Of a DNA stretch of 64,000 nt, positions 11,768-24,810 are shown one piece after another. Under the pieces are notes generated by a model. The model did not search any database. It was not told where the DNA came from and saw only the letters and a list, made by a program, of their open reading frames with translations. Source of the DNA: Amoebophrya sp. A120. Lineage: Eukaryota > Protista > Dinoflagellata. The first letter of the stretch is position 1; the number at the start of each line of letters is the position of its first letter. The stretch is taken from assembly GCA_905178155.1 (NCBI GenBank), contig CAJINV010000007.1:1000627-1064626 (forward strand), read 5' to 3'. Position numbers and translations under genes: made by a program.

Positions 11768-14700
11768 ACATCTTCGACTCTCTGTCTGAAAAGGGTTCAT
11801 CTAGAAGCAGCAGTCGTATTTTTACGCCGGCATCACAGGTGGACTACTCATTTTTCCGGAACTCAGATAGTCGCTTGCTCTGTACTCGTTCGAAAAGCGC
11901 CTGCTTCGCTGCAACCTCTGTTTCCGCACCACCTATAGCGGCGAGAACGTCACCTGCCTCATCGGGGTCCTCGAGTACCGTCGCTCCACCGGCGCTCGCT
12001 GCTGCGTCCTCGGGTGGAGCTGCTGCTGCTCCGGGGGCCGCTCTCGCTGCAGCACAAGTAGGACGTCGAGAGGGCATGAGAATAGCAATAAACAGCGCAG
12101 AACTTCTGCAACAAGCCGGTGAAATAAAGACGCTGGCTTGTTCCTCGAAAGACGAAGGAATAAAAAATTTGGAAACAAACAGCACGGAGCTACCACTGCA
12201 GCGCGCCGGGCGAGGAACTTTTGCAAGCACTCATTCACACATTACGCCGGCAGAAAAAAGTGCATCGTGCGCCACCTCGTCCACAGTGGCAGCAGCACTC
12301 GACATCGTCCATGGAACAACTTACGAAGGAGCACCAACTGCGTCCTCGACGTCCAGAAACCTACCCGCAGTTGCAGACTCGATCGCCAAGCTTTTGGATT
12401 TCAAGCTCCTCTACGAACTCTCCAAGGGAAAACTGACCGTCTGGGTCTGCCTCTCCGCTCTCCCGGGGTACTTCCTGGCCGCTTTACCGGGCGAGTTGAC
12501 CGTGTTGAACCTAGCAAGCCTCTTCGTCGGCACTGCTATGGAAGAACACGAATTTCCTACCGTACACAGGATACGAAGGGAAATATGCAGAGCAAGCTGC
12601 TAGAGGAACACGAACAACAAGAACAAACGGACACTCACACTCCGACTTGTCATGCCAAATACATCGAATAGTGCAAAAATACCAAGGAAGAGTAAGCGAG
12701 GCTTGTCGTTGTCATGCAAGAATTTCACGAGTACATAAGTATTTCTTCCGATGCGATCCTGTCCTGTACTACGGTAAAAACCTTCTTTGTGGATAGCCGC
12801 CCTCTGCTCGACGGCGAGTCAAACGGCGAATCAAATTCTTGAGATCGATCTGGACAAAAATATGCACTTCAAAAGTATCGTATTCGTACTCGTATAAATG
12901 CATTACAAATTTTCTCAGCATGAGAAATAAAATTTGTGATGCGGATTTACCTTCAGAAAAAGATTTGCAATCATGCATGATTGCAATACGAGTATGTGCG
13001 ATACTTTTGCACAGGATAAAAAAGATGAACAGGACAAAAAACCGAGTCCTGGTGCGGAACGCGATCTCAGTGCCGGAAGCGCAACTCCTGACAGTGGCCA
13101 GTCTGAGCGCCGGGTGCGGGATTCTGGGTATAGAAGTTTTTGATTTTATTGTTCATTCGCGAGTTTGTACCACAATTTTGATTTCTTGCGCAGCTTGACA
13201 ATGACGTCGTTTCACGTTCTTCGTTACTCCAAAGGGACGCTTTCTTGCATGAGCATGAGCATGAAAGGAACACGACCACGACCACCAACAAGCCATCATA
13301 TTTCTTTCACTATCAGCCCTGCAACACGGCCCGCTTGCGTCCCTCGTCGCGGCGTCCACTTTCGCCAGCTTATCCAGAAAAAAACACCCGTCACCATTCA
13401 TTTTTTGCATTGCAAACGCTGCAGATTATGGATGTTTGGCATGACAAATTGGATGGGGGTGGGTGTTTTTTTCCTGGATACCGCTACGCTTTCGTCTACA
13501 CGCCGATGAAACAGCTTTCTTATGAAAGCCTCAGGTTGGAAATCCTCAAAGTAGAAATAATTTCTAATGCAAAAAAACGACGCCAGTTGAAGTGCCATTT
13601 GTAGTCGGCGCATGACAAATTTCCCGGACACTTCTTAAAGCATGTCTGTCATGCTAGTTAGGCAAAGGGGTGCCCTTCTGTCGTGCTAAGCGGCACCTCA
13701 ATTCTTCGCCCCTAGCAGGACAATAGTCGGCCTCCGTTGCGTCCTCTGCAATACAGTTCTTTTTGCGTCGCATTTCATGCATCACAAATTATTTCCACTT
13801 TGAGGATTTCCAACCTGAGGCTTTCATATTTCTCCCTACAACACCCACGTTGGGGCCATCGCGGGGGCGCTCCCAACTTGCATCGGGTTTGCCGCGGCGG
13901 CCGGAGGGACGACTGCTGCTGCTGCTGCTGCGACCACTGCGGCCGCAACAACTCTTCCAGCCCTCGTCCTCGCCAACCCCTGGCTGCCGCATTGCCTGTA
14001 CCTGTTCGGGTTTCAGACGCTGTGGCAGATGCCGCACTTTTACGCGCTCGCCTGGCTGTTATGGATTGCAAATATGTCTGGGTCTGAAAGGGTGCAATCT
14101 GTAATGCTGTCTTTGGATTCCAAGAAAAACTGTATTGCATCACCAGCAGCAGGAGCCCAGTCTGTGTTACTTACGGGGAGGGGGCATTTCTCATGCGGAG
14201 TAGGCATTAAAATCTGTGATGCTAGATCATGCATTACAGGCACCGTGGCTGGTATTCTAGGTGCAAAGTATGCATGACAAACCTGGCAATCTTCCAGACC
14301 CAGACTTATTTGCGTTTGATAGCTGTACCGCGAGGACTATTTGAAGGCGGAAAAGTTTAAGATGTTTTGCATCAACGATGAGACGGGAAAAGAAACGGCC
14401 GCGAAGTTCATCCAGCCGTATCAAAAGAAGTGAAAAACAAGTTGTCGTGCTGATGGTGTAGTTTGAATTGCGATCATAAAGCTACTGAGTGACAAGTTTA
14501 TCTATAAGAAAAATACTAGAATTCGAATTTGTGATGTTCTTTAACTTTACCCACCTGTGTGACAAATCTGATCTTCGCTGTTGGTATGCTAGTATGTCGT
14601 GTCACTGCTAGTCTGCTTGAGCAGCACCATGATATAGTACTTTCCACCTCCACCACCGTCACAGCAACTTTGAAGCTCAATAAGCCATGGCTGGTGTCGA

Positions 14701-15418
14701 TTTTCGCGTATCCGATGCTGGGCTACTACCTGGATTTGGTCCCCGCCATGTTCGTTTTGAGCACGACTGGGAGCACGGCTGTGTGGGTACAACTACTAAA
14801 CTGTTTTTGTCATGCAGTTCGTGCAGAACCACGCCGACTTGTGATGCACAATTATACGGACCAAAGTTCTGCTCTCCACTTCATCTATGCTCCAAAATAA
14901 ATACTTTATCACAGCTCCGCTCTTTCCGTACGTTCCGAAGCAACCCTTCAAAGAAAACTTGCCGGAGTTTTTTCAAGATGTCACTGCTCCACCTCCTCAC
15001 CGTGCTGCTGTTCTTCCAGTTTTTTTGCTGCGTGCCAAAGGAGAAAGAGGAAGCTGTGCTTGTGCAACAGTTGGCAGATCTTCGTGCAGCAGGGAAGATG
15101 AAAAATGATTCTGTACAAGAACTGGCGCAAGTTGGAGATGAAGCCGAGGAGACCTCCGCCACACCTACCGACACAGATTCATCGTCTGAAGCCACGGTCT
15201 ACGGGCTCCAAATGGACGATAATTGCGGGGAAAGAAATCGCGCAAACCGGCAAACAAACGACGACACAACAACTTGTGCATCAAGTAATGTGCCATCTTC
15301 CACCAACAAGCTGCAACTAAACGGCTTCCATGCAGTCCGGTTCTACATTCGGGAAAAATTTTGCATCCACGAATGGATCCACTCTTTGCCGGATTTTTGT
15401 CCGAAGTTTCTCGCCTGA
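11329..15418 (+). CDS. COX10: Protoheme IX farnesyltransferase (heme O synthase) with a long N-terminal extension
   Basis: Spliced motifs ELSKGKLT, GTALCS..ANQILEIDLDKKMNRTKNR, YAFVYTPMKQLSPYNTHVGAIAGALP, WQMPHFYALAWLYREDY. Contains six introners and two GT-AG introns (13128-13316, 14787-14914). Start and stop are approximate. Confidence 0.9.
12537..12795. mobile_element. Introner, degenerate
   Basis: TAT..ATA ends with residual inverted repeat (taccgta..cagg); TSD actgc/gccgc; rejoins GTA|LCS. Confidence 0.78.
12861..13018. mobile_element. Introner family B
   Basis: TSD aaaaa/aaaaa; rejoins DKK|MNRT. Confidence 0.92.
13371..13480. mobile_element. Introner family C
   Basis: TSD cagct/ccgct; rejoins S|YAFVYTP. 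Confidence 0.9.
13521..13828. mobile_element. Introner family F
   Basis: TIR tatgaaagcctcaggttggaaatcctcaaagt; TSD tttct/tttct. Confidence 0.93.
14060..14321. mobile_element. Introner family A
   Basis: TSD gctgt/gctgt; rejoins WL|YREDY. Confidence 0.93.
14419..14682. mobile_element. Introner, degenerate
   Basis: TAT..ATA ends; TSD agccg/agcca; restores frame. Confidence 0.72.
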
Positions 15419-16368
15419 AGACACAAAGAGGTGGACTCTTCGTTGGGAACACGACGATGAGCAGGAAGCAGGCGAGCAACGTGGTCTTCGCACAAGCTCA
15501 TCGGAGGACGCGACGGTCGTGGGCGGGACTGAAGGCCAAGCGTGTCGGCGACGAGGGGGATTTGATTTTGAAAAATAATTTTGACACCGGTGCAGATAGA
15601 GTTAGAGATACACTTGTACACCGTACGCAGAACGAAAAACCTTGCTTCGGCTGCTGGCATGTACCGAAGTTGCAAAAATTGTGTACTTACTCAATGACGA
15701 GTTCTTCTTCTAATCTAAGTATGGTTTCCGCAGCGGCACCAGTACCAGCAGGAAGGGAGCACACTTCTACAGACGGGCGCGACTATTTGAAAGACGTCCT
15801 TGGTATAAGGTTTTTGCATCGCTCTATCTTTATGAAAATAATCAGAGCTGCGACTGCGAGGCTTCCTGCTATTGTATAACTCCGCCCTGCACCAGTTCCG
15901 CGCCTTTTGCCGCGGTGGCACGGGATCTTCGATCTGTGTTAGCTTGGTTCAACGACCAATCATGAAGAACTTCTATCGATTGACTGTTCGTACTATTTCA
16001 ATTTCTTCAAAAGCACACGAGAAACTCGGTAGTTTATGGCTTGGGTTTCTGGAGGAGATCAAGCTGGTGCTACCCGACGGTATTATCAATATCATCTGAA
16101 ACAAAAACATCTTACGATACGCAAGCAGCTACCTAGTGTGTCCGCGCATCCCGGCCGAAATGCTTAAATTTAGATTTCGACTGCAGTTTCCTTGAAGACG
16201 ACAGACCCCACCCCAACACAAATTGTATCCCATAGTCACGGGTAATGAAGAAAAGTAAAACGCGTTCTACGACCCATTGCCATTGCAGTACTTAGGGATC
16301 GACTTCATTCTTTTACGATTTTACGTCGCTTCTCTTTCTTCGCGAAAATCTGAAAAATAGAATCCAAA

Positions 16369-17255
16369 ATGTCCTCCTCCTCGTCTTCTAAAAATCTGCT
16401 CCGTCTCTACGGTTACTACCAATCCGGCTGCAGTTACCGGATCCGGATAGCACTAAATCTCGCCATATCCACAGAAAAAACCCATCCACATCCATTTTTT
16501 GCATGACAAACACAGGATTTTATACGTGTTTTGCATGACAAATTGGATGTGGATGGGTGTTTTTTCCTGGATACGCCAACGTGCCATACGAGGATATCCC
16601 CGTGAACCTCTTAAATGGCGAACAAAAATCGGAAAAGTACGAGAAGCTGACGAACGGGCAGAATCTAGTTCCTGTCTTAGAAGTTGTGGATGAAGAGACG
16701 AAAAAGACGAAATTCACGATGTCGCAATCTTTGACGATTTTAGAGTTTCTAAGCGAGGAGAACATCTGCCCCGGTCTGCTCCCAGAAACCTCCGACATCG
16801 CGAGCAGGCAGAAGTGCCGGGAAATTTGCAACATCGTCGCCTGCGACACGCAGCCGCTGCAGAATTTGCGGGTGCAGAAGCACATTCGCGAAGTGTGGGA
16901 AAAAGACCCAATTCCGTGGGCGAAACTGGTGGTTGAAAGGGGCTACCAGGCGTGCGAGAATTTATTAGCCGCGATTGAAACTTCGAATAGCGAAGCAGGT
17001 GGTCCGCATCCGGGAATGAAGAAAACGAAGTACTGTTTCTCGGACCAGAAACCCACCATGGCGGACATTTGTCTAATCGCGCAGTGGCACAACGCGATCC
17101 GGTTTGGAATAGACGTGGAAACGCAGTACCCGCGCGTTTTTGAAAAGTTGCAGAATTTGATCGGATTTGAAGCCGTGAAGAAGGCGCATCCTTTTAATCA
17201 AGTGGATTGTCCGGAAGAAATGAAAAAAGACGGGTGGTGGACGACGAGGGAATGA
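16369..17255 (+). CDS. GSTZ1: Glutathione S-transferase zeta / maleylacetoacetate isomerase
   Basis: LYGYYQSGCSYRIRIALNLA|NVPYE..NLL..VPVL..SQSLTILEFL..DTQPLQNLRV..TMADICL..AHPFNQVDCP; one introner. Confidence 0.92.
16466..16573. mobile_element. Introner family C (inverted relative to 5936)
   Basis: TSD cgcca/cgcca; no canonical splice pair at any register within the TSD. Confidence 0.95.
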
Positions 17256-18288
17256 TGTTGAGCAAGAACTGTGTAAAAAATTACTAGAAGATTACCGCAG
17301 TCGATCGACAGAAGTGTATACTGGTACAACTGTATGTCCGAATAAAACGCAAAGTCCTGAGGCCGACGAGGTTCTAGTCTTCTCTCCTCTCGACCAACAG
17401 GGAGAAAGATGGCGCAGGAAGGGCAGGAGTCTCTTTTCGCGGACGACATCAATGTGTTTCTTGGCGGCCGATCTTTAGCTACGTCGCGGGCTACCTACGG
17501 CACGATTACCTGGAACACGAGTCGCGCAGAAGCAGAACGACTGTAAAAAAGTGTTTTGTTGAAGACACTAGATCCTCATGCCCGAGCCGTAGTGAGCAAG
17601 GCCGTATCTGCGTTTGCTCTCCAGCGGTGAAAGACGACGATGATCTAGAAGTTGCACATGATGAAGATCTACTTTAATCAACATTTTCATTTTCTCCAAG
17701 AATCATGTCGTGGACGTCTTCCTTCAAGATCGTAAACGAAAGCAGATCTACTTGATTGAGAGTGAGATCATGTTCACGGCGTGGTCATAATGATGTCTCA
17801 TATGATCATCATTCTGGAGAATAAGCGGATCACCACACCAGAGGCCTTTGTGGATAAATTGCTGCCTACCGTTGGACCACGACTCAAAAAAAGGATCAAC
17901 ACGAGATCTGCTCGTAGAACTTCGCGATGAACTGTTGCTGATCTTTCAGCAGCACGCGCTAAATCTCGCGGAACTAGATGAAGTGTAAATGGATCATGTT
18001 GACGAACACAAACTACAAGAGTGGTCCGACGTTTTTTGTCTTTCCTCATGCATCGAATATTGTAGAATCGCTACTGCTACAGCGTTGCTCCTACCGTAGT
18101 GTTTTAAATTTCTCCACATAATGACACACATATGAAGTAGTTTCTCTCCTTATTTATTCGCTTACCACAGTTATTTGAGTTTTCTTTTTCAATTAACATT
18201 TTTTTTATCGATATAAACAGCCATTTCTTCACGACGCACGCTATTATCTCGCATCGAATTCACAAAGAGGCATCTTCAAGAACTCAAA

Positions 18289-21200
18289 ATGTTGAGCGGA
18301 CGGCCCAATTCCGCTTTCCTCCGGGTGAGGTGGCAGCGGTTCCTGTCTCTTCTGCACTTGGTGTCCTTTGCGCTGCTAAAACCTGTTCCGGTTGCGGCGG
18401 TGACAACACGTGGGAAGAAGAAAACCACTACAACCAGCAAAACTACAGGCCCGAAGCCTACGCCTGTCGGATCAGGAACCCCAGCTCATGTTGCAGCAAA
18501 TGCCTCCAAAGAAGATGAGCTCTTCCTGACCACTTCTGCGGAGAAATCCTACCTCTTCGAGTACGGGAAAAAACTCTTCGCCGCGGTGAAGCAGATGGAA
18601 CAACAAACGATTCCCCTCCTCCTCGTGTACAGCGATCTTCACGGACAATACCAAGACGCGGATTTGAAAAATGGGAAGATTTTCGATTCCCCGGGTGGCG
18701 TGCCGAACACGCTGAACGATTGTTTTTTGGAACTCGCCATTCCCGCGTTTCAACCAGAAGTGATCAGATTGGAACAACAAATTAAGAAAGAAACGCCGTT
18801 GCATCAGCGCCGGCGGAGTTTGATTCAGGATAATCCAGAGGAAGTTGCGTTCTTTACGAAAGACGCGGCGGTTGTCCTGCTGCAGCAGGTGGCGGAAAAG
18901 TTACTGGAATTGCAGAAGAAAGAAGAAGAATTGCTACAACTTGGAAGTACTACGACACGACCAGGACCAGCAGGGAGCAAATCTTCTTCTACAGTTGTCG
19001 CTGTTTCAGAAGAGGAAGAGCTTGCGCGAGCAATTTTGCTTCAATTTGGAGATGAATTAGAAGTATCTCACCAACGTGCCGAGCGGGAACAGAACCTCCA
19101 GGGAAAAATGAATGCAGACTTCAGAACGACGGACACAGGAGCAGAGCACAGAATTCTACCGAAGGACAAGAAGCCACAATTCGCACTGAGTCAGCGTGAT
19201 TGGTTTATTGACGGCAGATTGCAATTCGCGGTCGGAGCTGGAGGAGAGGAGAAGCATGCAGCAGGTGGCTGCACACACAGCGATCCAGCAGGATCTTGTT
19301 CCGCAACAACCAGCCACCAAGCCGCCCGGAGGTGGTCAAAAGCCCCGACGAGGATGTTGGAATTGATGCGGTTCCAGCAATTTTCTGACGGTACACACGC
19401 TTCCGATGCCATTCCGAACGCCTTTTCCTCGGCCGTGCTTTTCCACAAGCCGCTTCTCCACGGGAAAAGTTATCTGGAAACGTTGCGGGTGGTAGCCTAC
19501 CGGCTTCCCGCACGCATTCTCCCGGATTTGGTGTATTCGCAAAGGCGAAAAGAGCAGGCAGACAAGCGCGGAGATCGGATTGAGGAAGAACGCCGGGAGG
19601 GACAAAGAATTTTCGAAACCTATATGCATTGCAAAAGCATCGTACTCGTATAAATGCATTACAAATTTCCTCAGCGTGAGAAATAAAATTTGTACTGCGG
19701 ATTTACCTTAACAAAGGGTTTTGTAATGCATGACTGCAATACGAGCGCGATACTTTTGCACAGGATAACCTACCGCGCCGGGCGATTCTTGGAGTTTTCC
19801 GCGGAGGTTCCGGGCGAGGAAGGCGGAGGTGCTAGAACTACGAGCAGGAAAAATCAGAAAGGCAAGAAAGGTTGTTCATCTGCTGCTAGTCGGGGTACAC
19901 GGAACGGCCAGAGCAGTGCGGGGGGCAACGCGATGAAAGGAACAGGAAGTAACGGAAGTTCTCCAGCGAACTTCTTGTCCCCCGACAAAGATACTGCACC
20001 CGAACAGCAGGTGAAGGAATTAACAGCAAATGCTCCCCAGTCCTCCGACCAAACTGCGAGCGCAAGAATGAACGCCGTCTGCAAAGTCAATAAACCCGGT
20101 CTGGAGTCTCTGCTGACAGCCCCGCTGCCTAGCTGGGAATGTGACTACATCTACGTCGTTGCCACGGTCGAGGAAACGGAGACTTGGACGAATTTCAAAT
20201 TGTCGGAACAGCTCGAAAACCTCTCGACCAAGACCAAGTGTGCCTGCAGTCGAAGAAACCGCGGAGGTGGCGGTAGTGCAACGGCGGTGGAGGTGCGGGA
20301 AACGACAGGACGAGGCGGGGGCAATGTCATCATCTCTTCAGGAGAACAAGATGCTGCGCGTCGTGCTGCATCAATTCCACCTGGTAGCAACATCATCGAA
20401 GGAGTGGAGGCCGCGATTGCGACTGATGATCGCCTTGCTGTTTCTTCGGGCTCTACCGCAGCGGCCGCTCCGGCAGAGGAAGAGGAGCCCACCAGGTTGC
20501 CAGCCGCTTCCTCGCCAGCGTCCACCGACGTCGTGGGCTCGAAGTCGGAGGTTTCGTTGGGAGGTTCTTCGTCGTCCAAAGGTGACACGGCAAGAATGCC
20601 GGGACCAGCACAGAGTTGTTCCTCGGAATGTAGTCCGGTCGGAGCCGTGAAGCTCAAGGGCGAGACCACTTCCGGATCGAGGAGGTCAAGAAGTACTTCT
20701 TCTTCACGTAGTTTACCGACGCCGGCGGCGGCGTCACACGGTCCAGATCTCAAACATCAACTGGAGGCCGAGGCACGACAAGCCGTACTATGCGGATCTT
20801 CAAGAAGTAGATATCCCTCGCGCCGGCGCGGAAAGACGAAGACATCGTCCCGGAGCGCATCTCCAGTTCGACTGTCGCCCCGGCGTCGTGAGAAGAAGAG
20901 CCAGGATCTTCAAGCCGGTGGCGTGAGTGCGACAGCGACTAGTACATCAAATAAAGAACTGGGACGAGAAAGAAGGAGGTCGAGAAATACTTCTACTTCG
21001 AAAGCAAGAAAAGTTCCTCGTCCTGCCGCGACAGAAGGGAACCAACTCGATAAGAGTGAAGCGTCCAGTGACCACGACGAGGTAGTAAAACAGCCGAAGG
21101 ACCAACCCGATGAACAACAAGCCGCTACAACAACTTTCCGGGTACTACAACCTGCCACCACAGGGGCTGTAGGATCGAGTGGCGCTGGGATTTCGATTTT

Positions 21201-22347
21201 TAACTCCAACAAGGATCCGGAAATTACGCCCGAACGGGGAGACATCGAGTGCTGTAGTAGTATCCCTGACGACCTCCGAGCACTTCTTCACGAGGGTCAA
21301 TCCTTCGCCAACTGGGTTGCGGGCGAAGTCGATGCTGTGGCGCCGCAGCAGAAAGGAGCCGAAGTTGGCTTAAGCGCAAAGGCTTGCTCCGTATCCGTTG
21401 GAGATGTCACTGAAGGGCTACAGAAAATGAAGCTCTCTGATGGTCCTGATGCAGTTCTTTCGAAAGCAGCTCCATCATCATCTGATACTAATGCTAGGAA
21501 CAAGGAGCTGCAGGAGGCCGTGACAGCGCGGCTGAGCCAATTCGTAGATCATGCCGGCAGGCATAGGCGAACGGCGGAAGAAGACGACAGTGTTTTCGCA
21601 GAGGCGCTTTTGGCCCGTGAAAAAAAGGCGATGCTGGCGTCAAGGTCTCTACCGAGCACGCCGCCCAGAAGGGGAATCGACACAAAGCGAGAAACCGATT
21701 TAAACAGATCACCCGGCGCTTCCAGTACCGGCAGTAAGAAAGATCGGTTTCATCCAATTGCGACACCGGAACCGGAGGACTACGATTACCAACACCTCCC
21801 TCCACAGATCGCTCATGCGACCGCACCTGCACCGTCGGGACGGCAAATGGATCATCGCGGTGTTGACCTCGAGATGTTGCCTACGTATAATTTGATGCAG
21901 CAGATCAACATGATGCACAACTTCCCCCTCCTTCATCAGCAAGAAGGTTTCCTTGCCACCGGCGGAGAACTCTCCAACACCTCCGCTGCAGACTGTTCTT
22001 CCAACTACACAGGAACCGGATCCGAAACTACGGCTTCTGGTGTACTAGCGCAAGGATCTCCTTGCAGCAGCTCCGCAGAGCTGCAACAATACCAGCTTTC
22101 GGGAGGCGGGAACAATACGATTACTTTCTCTCCCGGCATGCACCACATGATTCCATGCTATTTCCCAGCGCCGGTTACCGTGCCCGCTGGAACGGTGGTT
22201 CGCGTTCCCGTAGCTCAGGACGGACAGGCACAGGGGAGCGGCGAAGGTGGCGTGCCGGTGAGCAATGTGATGCCGCACGAACAGGAAATATTTCATCCGG
22301 ATGAAACACAAATCACGCCAAAGAACACACCGCGGAATGGCGATTGA
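18289..22347 (+). CDS. Hypothetical protein of about 1300 aa, N-terminal hydrophobic segment, low-complexity C-terminal half
   Basis: ORFs 18289-19653 and 19690-22347 join in frame (ETY|RAGRF) on removal of the element at 19623. Confidence 0.75.
19623..19767. mobile_element. Introner family B
   Basis: Family B TIRs; TSD accta/accta. Confidence 0.93.
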
Positions 22348-24810
22348 TTGGAGCCGACGCCGAGATGAGGCACCTGTTGGGACGAGAGGTGGCTGAACTC
22401 ACATTTTTATTTTTTCAACTACAGAGGACATGCAACATTTGTATGATAACCACGCTAGAACTAGAAAGAGCTGAAGTGTGATACAACTCGATGGTTGTTG
22501 TAGTATTGACGGTTGACTGCACATATGGAAGTCTGAAATAATTTCCTATCGGAAGCAAAAGAAAGCAATTACGCAGTGAGTTGCAGTTGTACGTCTAAGT
22601 CGGAGGCAGTGGGCGCAAGTGCCGTTTGCCTCGATATTAAAAAGACATAGACATTTGTACAACGTAAACAAAGAATATCCAACATGAACAGACGAGTCCC
22701 AGTCACTATGTTTTCAGTATAGATAGCTCGGAATAACAGCGACTATTTCTATTTGCATCATATGATGCACTACGCAGCAGTTCTGATGATGTTTTTCGTT
22801 TTGTCTGTAGAGTAAACACTTTCATCATGAATGTCATTTCTATTGCATACTATTACTCGCGGCCTAGACATTTAAAATAATAGCATCGCCCATGTGTACC
22901 GCGACACAAACAGTAGGGACCGGGACCACCGTCCCAGGTGGCTGGTGAACCCAACGCCTGCGGCCTCTTCGCGCCACGACGAGAAGGACAGCAACATCAG
23001 GAAGAAGTTGTAAAGTATTTGTATTGCTCGGCTGCATTAGCTGATAATTCTCTTCACTGACATCATTTAGCTTCGCTCCTTTCAACACGTACAGCTGCTT
23101 TATAACGACGAACTTGTTCTTCTTCTTGTCTTTGTCTATTTTCTCTACCAGCTGAAAATAAAGTCCGATTGAATTCTTTCCAGTGCCATAGAAAAATCCT
23201 ATTTGCCAGAAGAATTCATCGACTTTTTTAGCGACCGCCTCCACACCATGCAAGCACTAGCCTATGACCGATAATAAACCGCTAAAAAACGATGTGAAGA
23301 GTGTAGTCCTGATTTCTACCATTGTACAATGAATTATTGACGTTCTTGTGAATTACGAATTATTTTTGCACACGAGAAGAATCAATCCAAGTATGTTCAT
23401 TGTGTATTGTTGTTGACAGCACGAGGAGAAACACGACGAGGACAGTGTCTTGTTCATGAATTTGACTTTGAATCGTTGAGACGCGAGCTCCTGTGTGGTC
23501 TCTTTATTTCGGATTGGCTTTCACTGCCGCCTCCGTGTACAACGAACAACTGAAGATGCGCCCCAGAAAATATTCTGCAAGAAACAAATATGCAAATATG
23601 CGGCTACAAGGCTCAAAGATTGATTGATTGATATTATATGTTGTTCGAAGATGAGTTTTTTTCTCCTGCAATGTCGACGTCCCAGCCAGGTACGATGTCA
23701 CTGTGTGTGCGGTAAAAGTTCTGTGTTTTTGTTCGCGGCAAAACGCGTCGAGAAGGTTGTTCCATGCAAACCGAGATCTATTTTCTTTTTAAATCTTGCC
23801 CTGCCCCTATCTTCTTGCTGCGTGCAGCAAGACTATGACGACAAAACGAGTTGTAGATCCAGCATCTTCACATCATGACCCTGATGCACGACACCCGACT
23901 AAGAAAGTAGTGCCAGTAGCAGTGTATTAGCAGCGCCAAAAAAGGTCAACAACCTGTGTGAGAACGAGAAACGAAGGAATTGAAAAACCGCCATTGCAAA
24001 AAGTAGTCCCGCTGTATAGTACGCGTGTAGGCTCTAACTGGGAATGTCTTGACAGCCCGCCCCAGCACGTGAGCCAACATGGTAGAAAGTCACTTCACAA
24101 GAACTCTACTAAAGCGTTTTGCGAACCCTCACTCCATCAATTTGTGATTTATCAAGAAACGTCCGAAGAACGAAAAGATCCTTTTTCAAGTACCAGCAAC
24201 CGCCCTGCTTTCCGACGTGGTGCACGTAAGCTATCCAACTGCTGATAATAGGCCGTTATAAGAAGTGTCACACATCAAATTTTCGCCCACACGCCGCGTT
24301 TTTGGTACTCTAGTTACTACTACTCTACTTCCTGCTCCTGTCGAGTGAGAGAAACTGCGCAAACCTTTCTGGTACTTAGCGTCGACTGTTCCATCTTCAA
24401 TTCCAACTCTGCTTGCCATTCATTTCTTCGCACACAGTTTTTCACTTCCGTAAGAATGTGAACGTGAATTGGTTTATACAAGTTTTTGCCACCCAAATAA
24501 AATCTCACAGTCAAATTTTCTTCTTGATAACGACGGTTGTGTCAGCATAAACGTTGTAATAACGGTGCATTGGCTGTCCAAAATTGTACTTCGACGAGGC
24601 GATTCCGTTTTGTCACAACATCCAACAAAAGACTTAGAGAAGATCACGGGGTATTTCTAGTGAGAAGAAGAAGAACTGCCAAAATCATCAGGAGAAACTT
24701 CTTCTTGCTTTTATTTAGCAAGACAAATCTTCAGCGCCGCCAGTGACAGCACCGACAGGTAGCTACTTTAGCATCACAGACCCGCTTCTGTGACCAAAAA
24801 GAAGATCAAA

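Noticed and set aside
13521-13828. Tc1/mariner-type MITEs with a TA target duplication
   Set aside because: The TA is part of the element terminus (TAT..ATA). The duplicated target is a variable 5-mer outside it, and no TA remains at the restored junction.
22864-23322. Minus-strand ORF with an upstream signal-like stretch interrupted by a TAG
   Set aside because: No recognisable homology; it may be a pseudogene fragment but cannot be supported.
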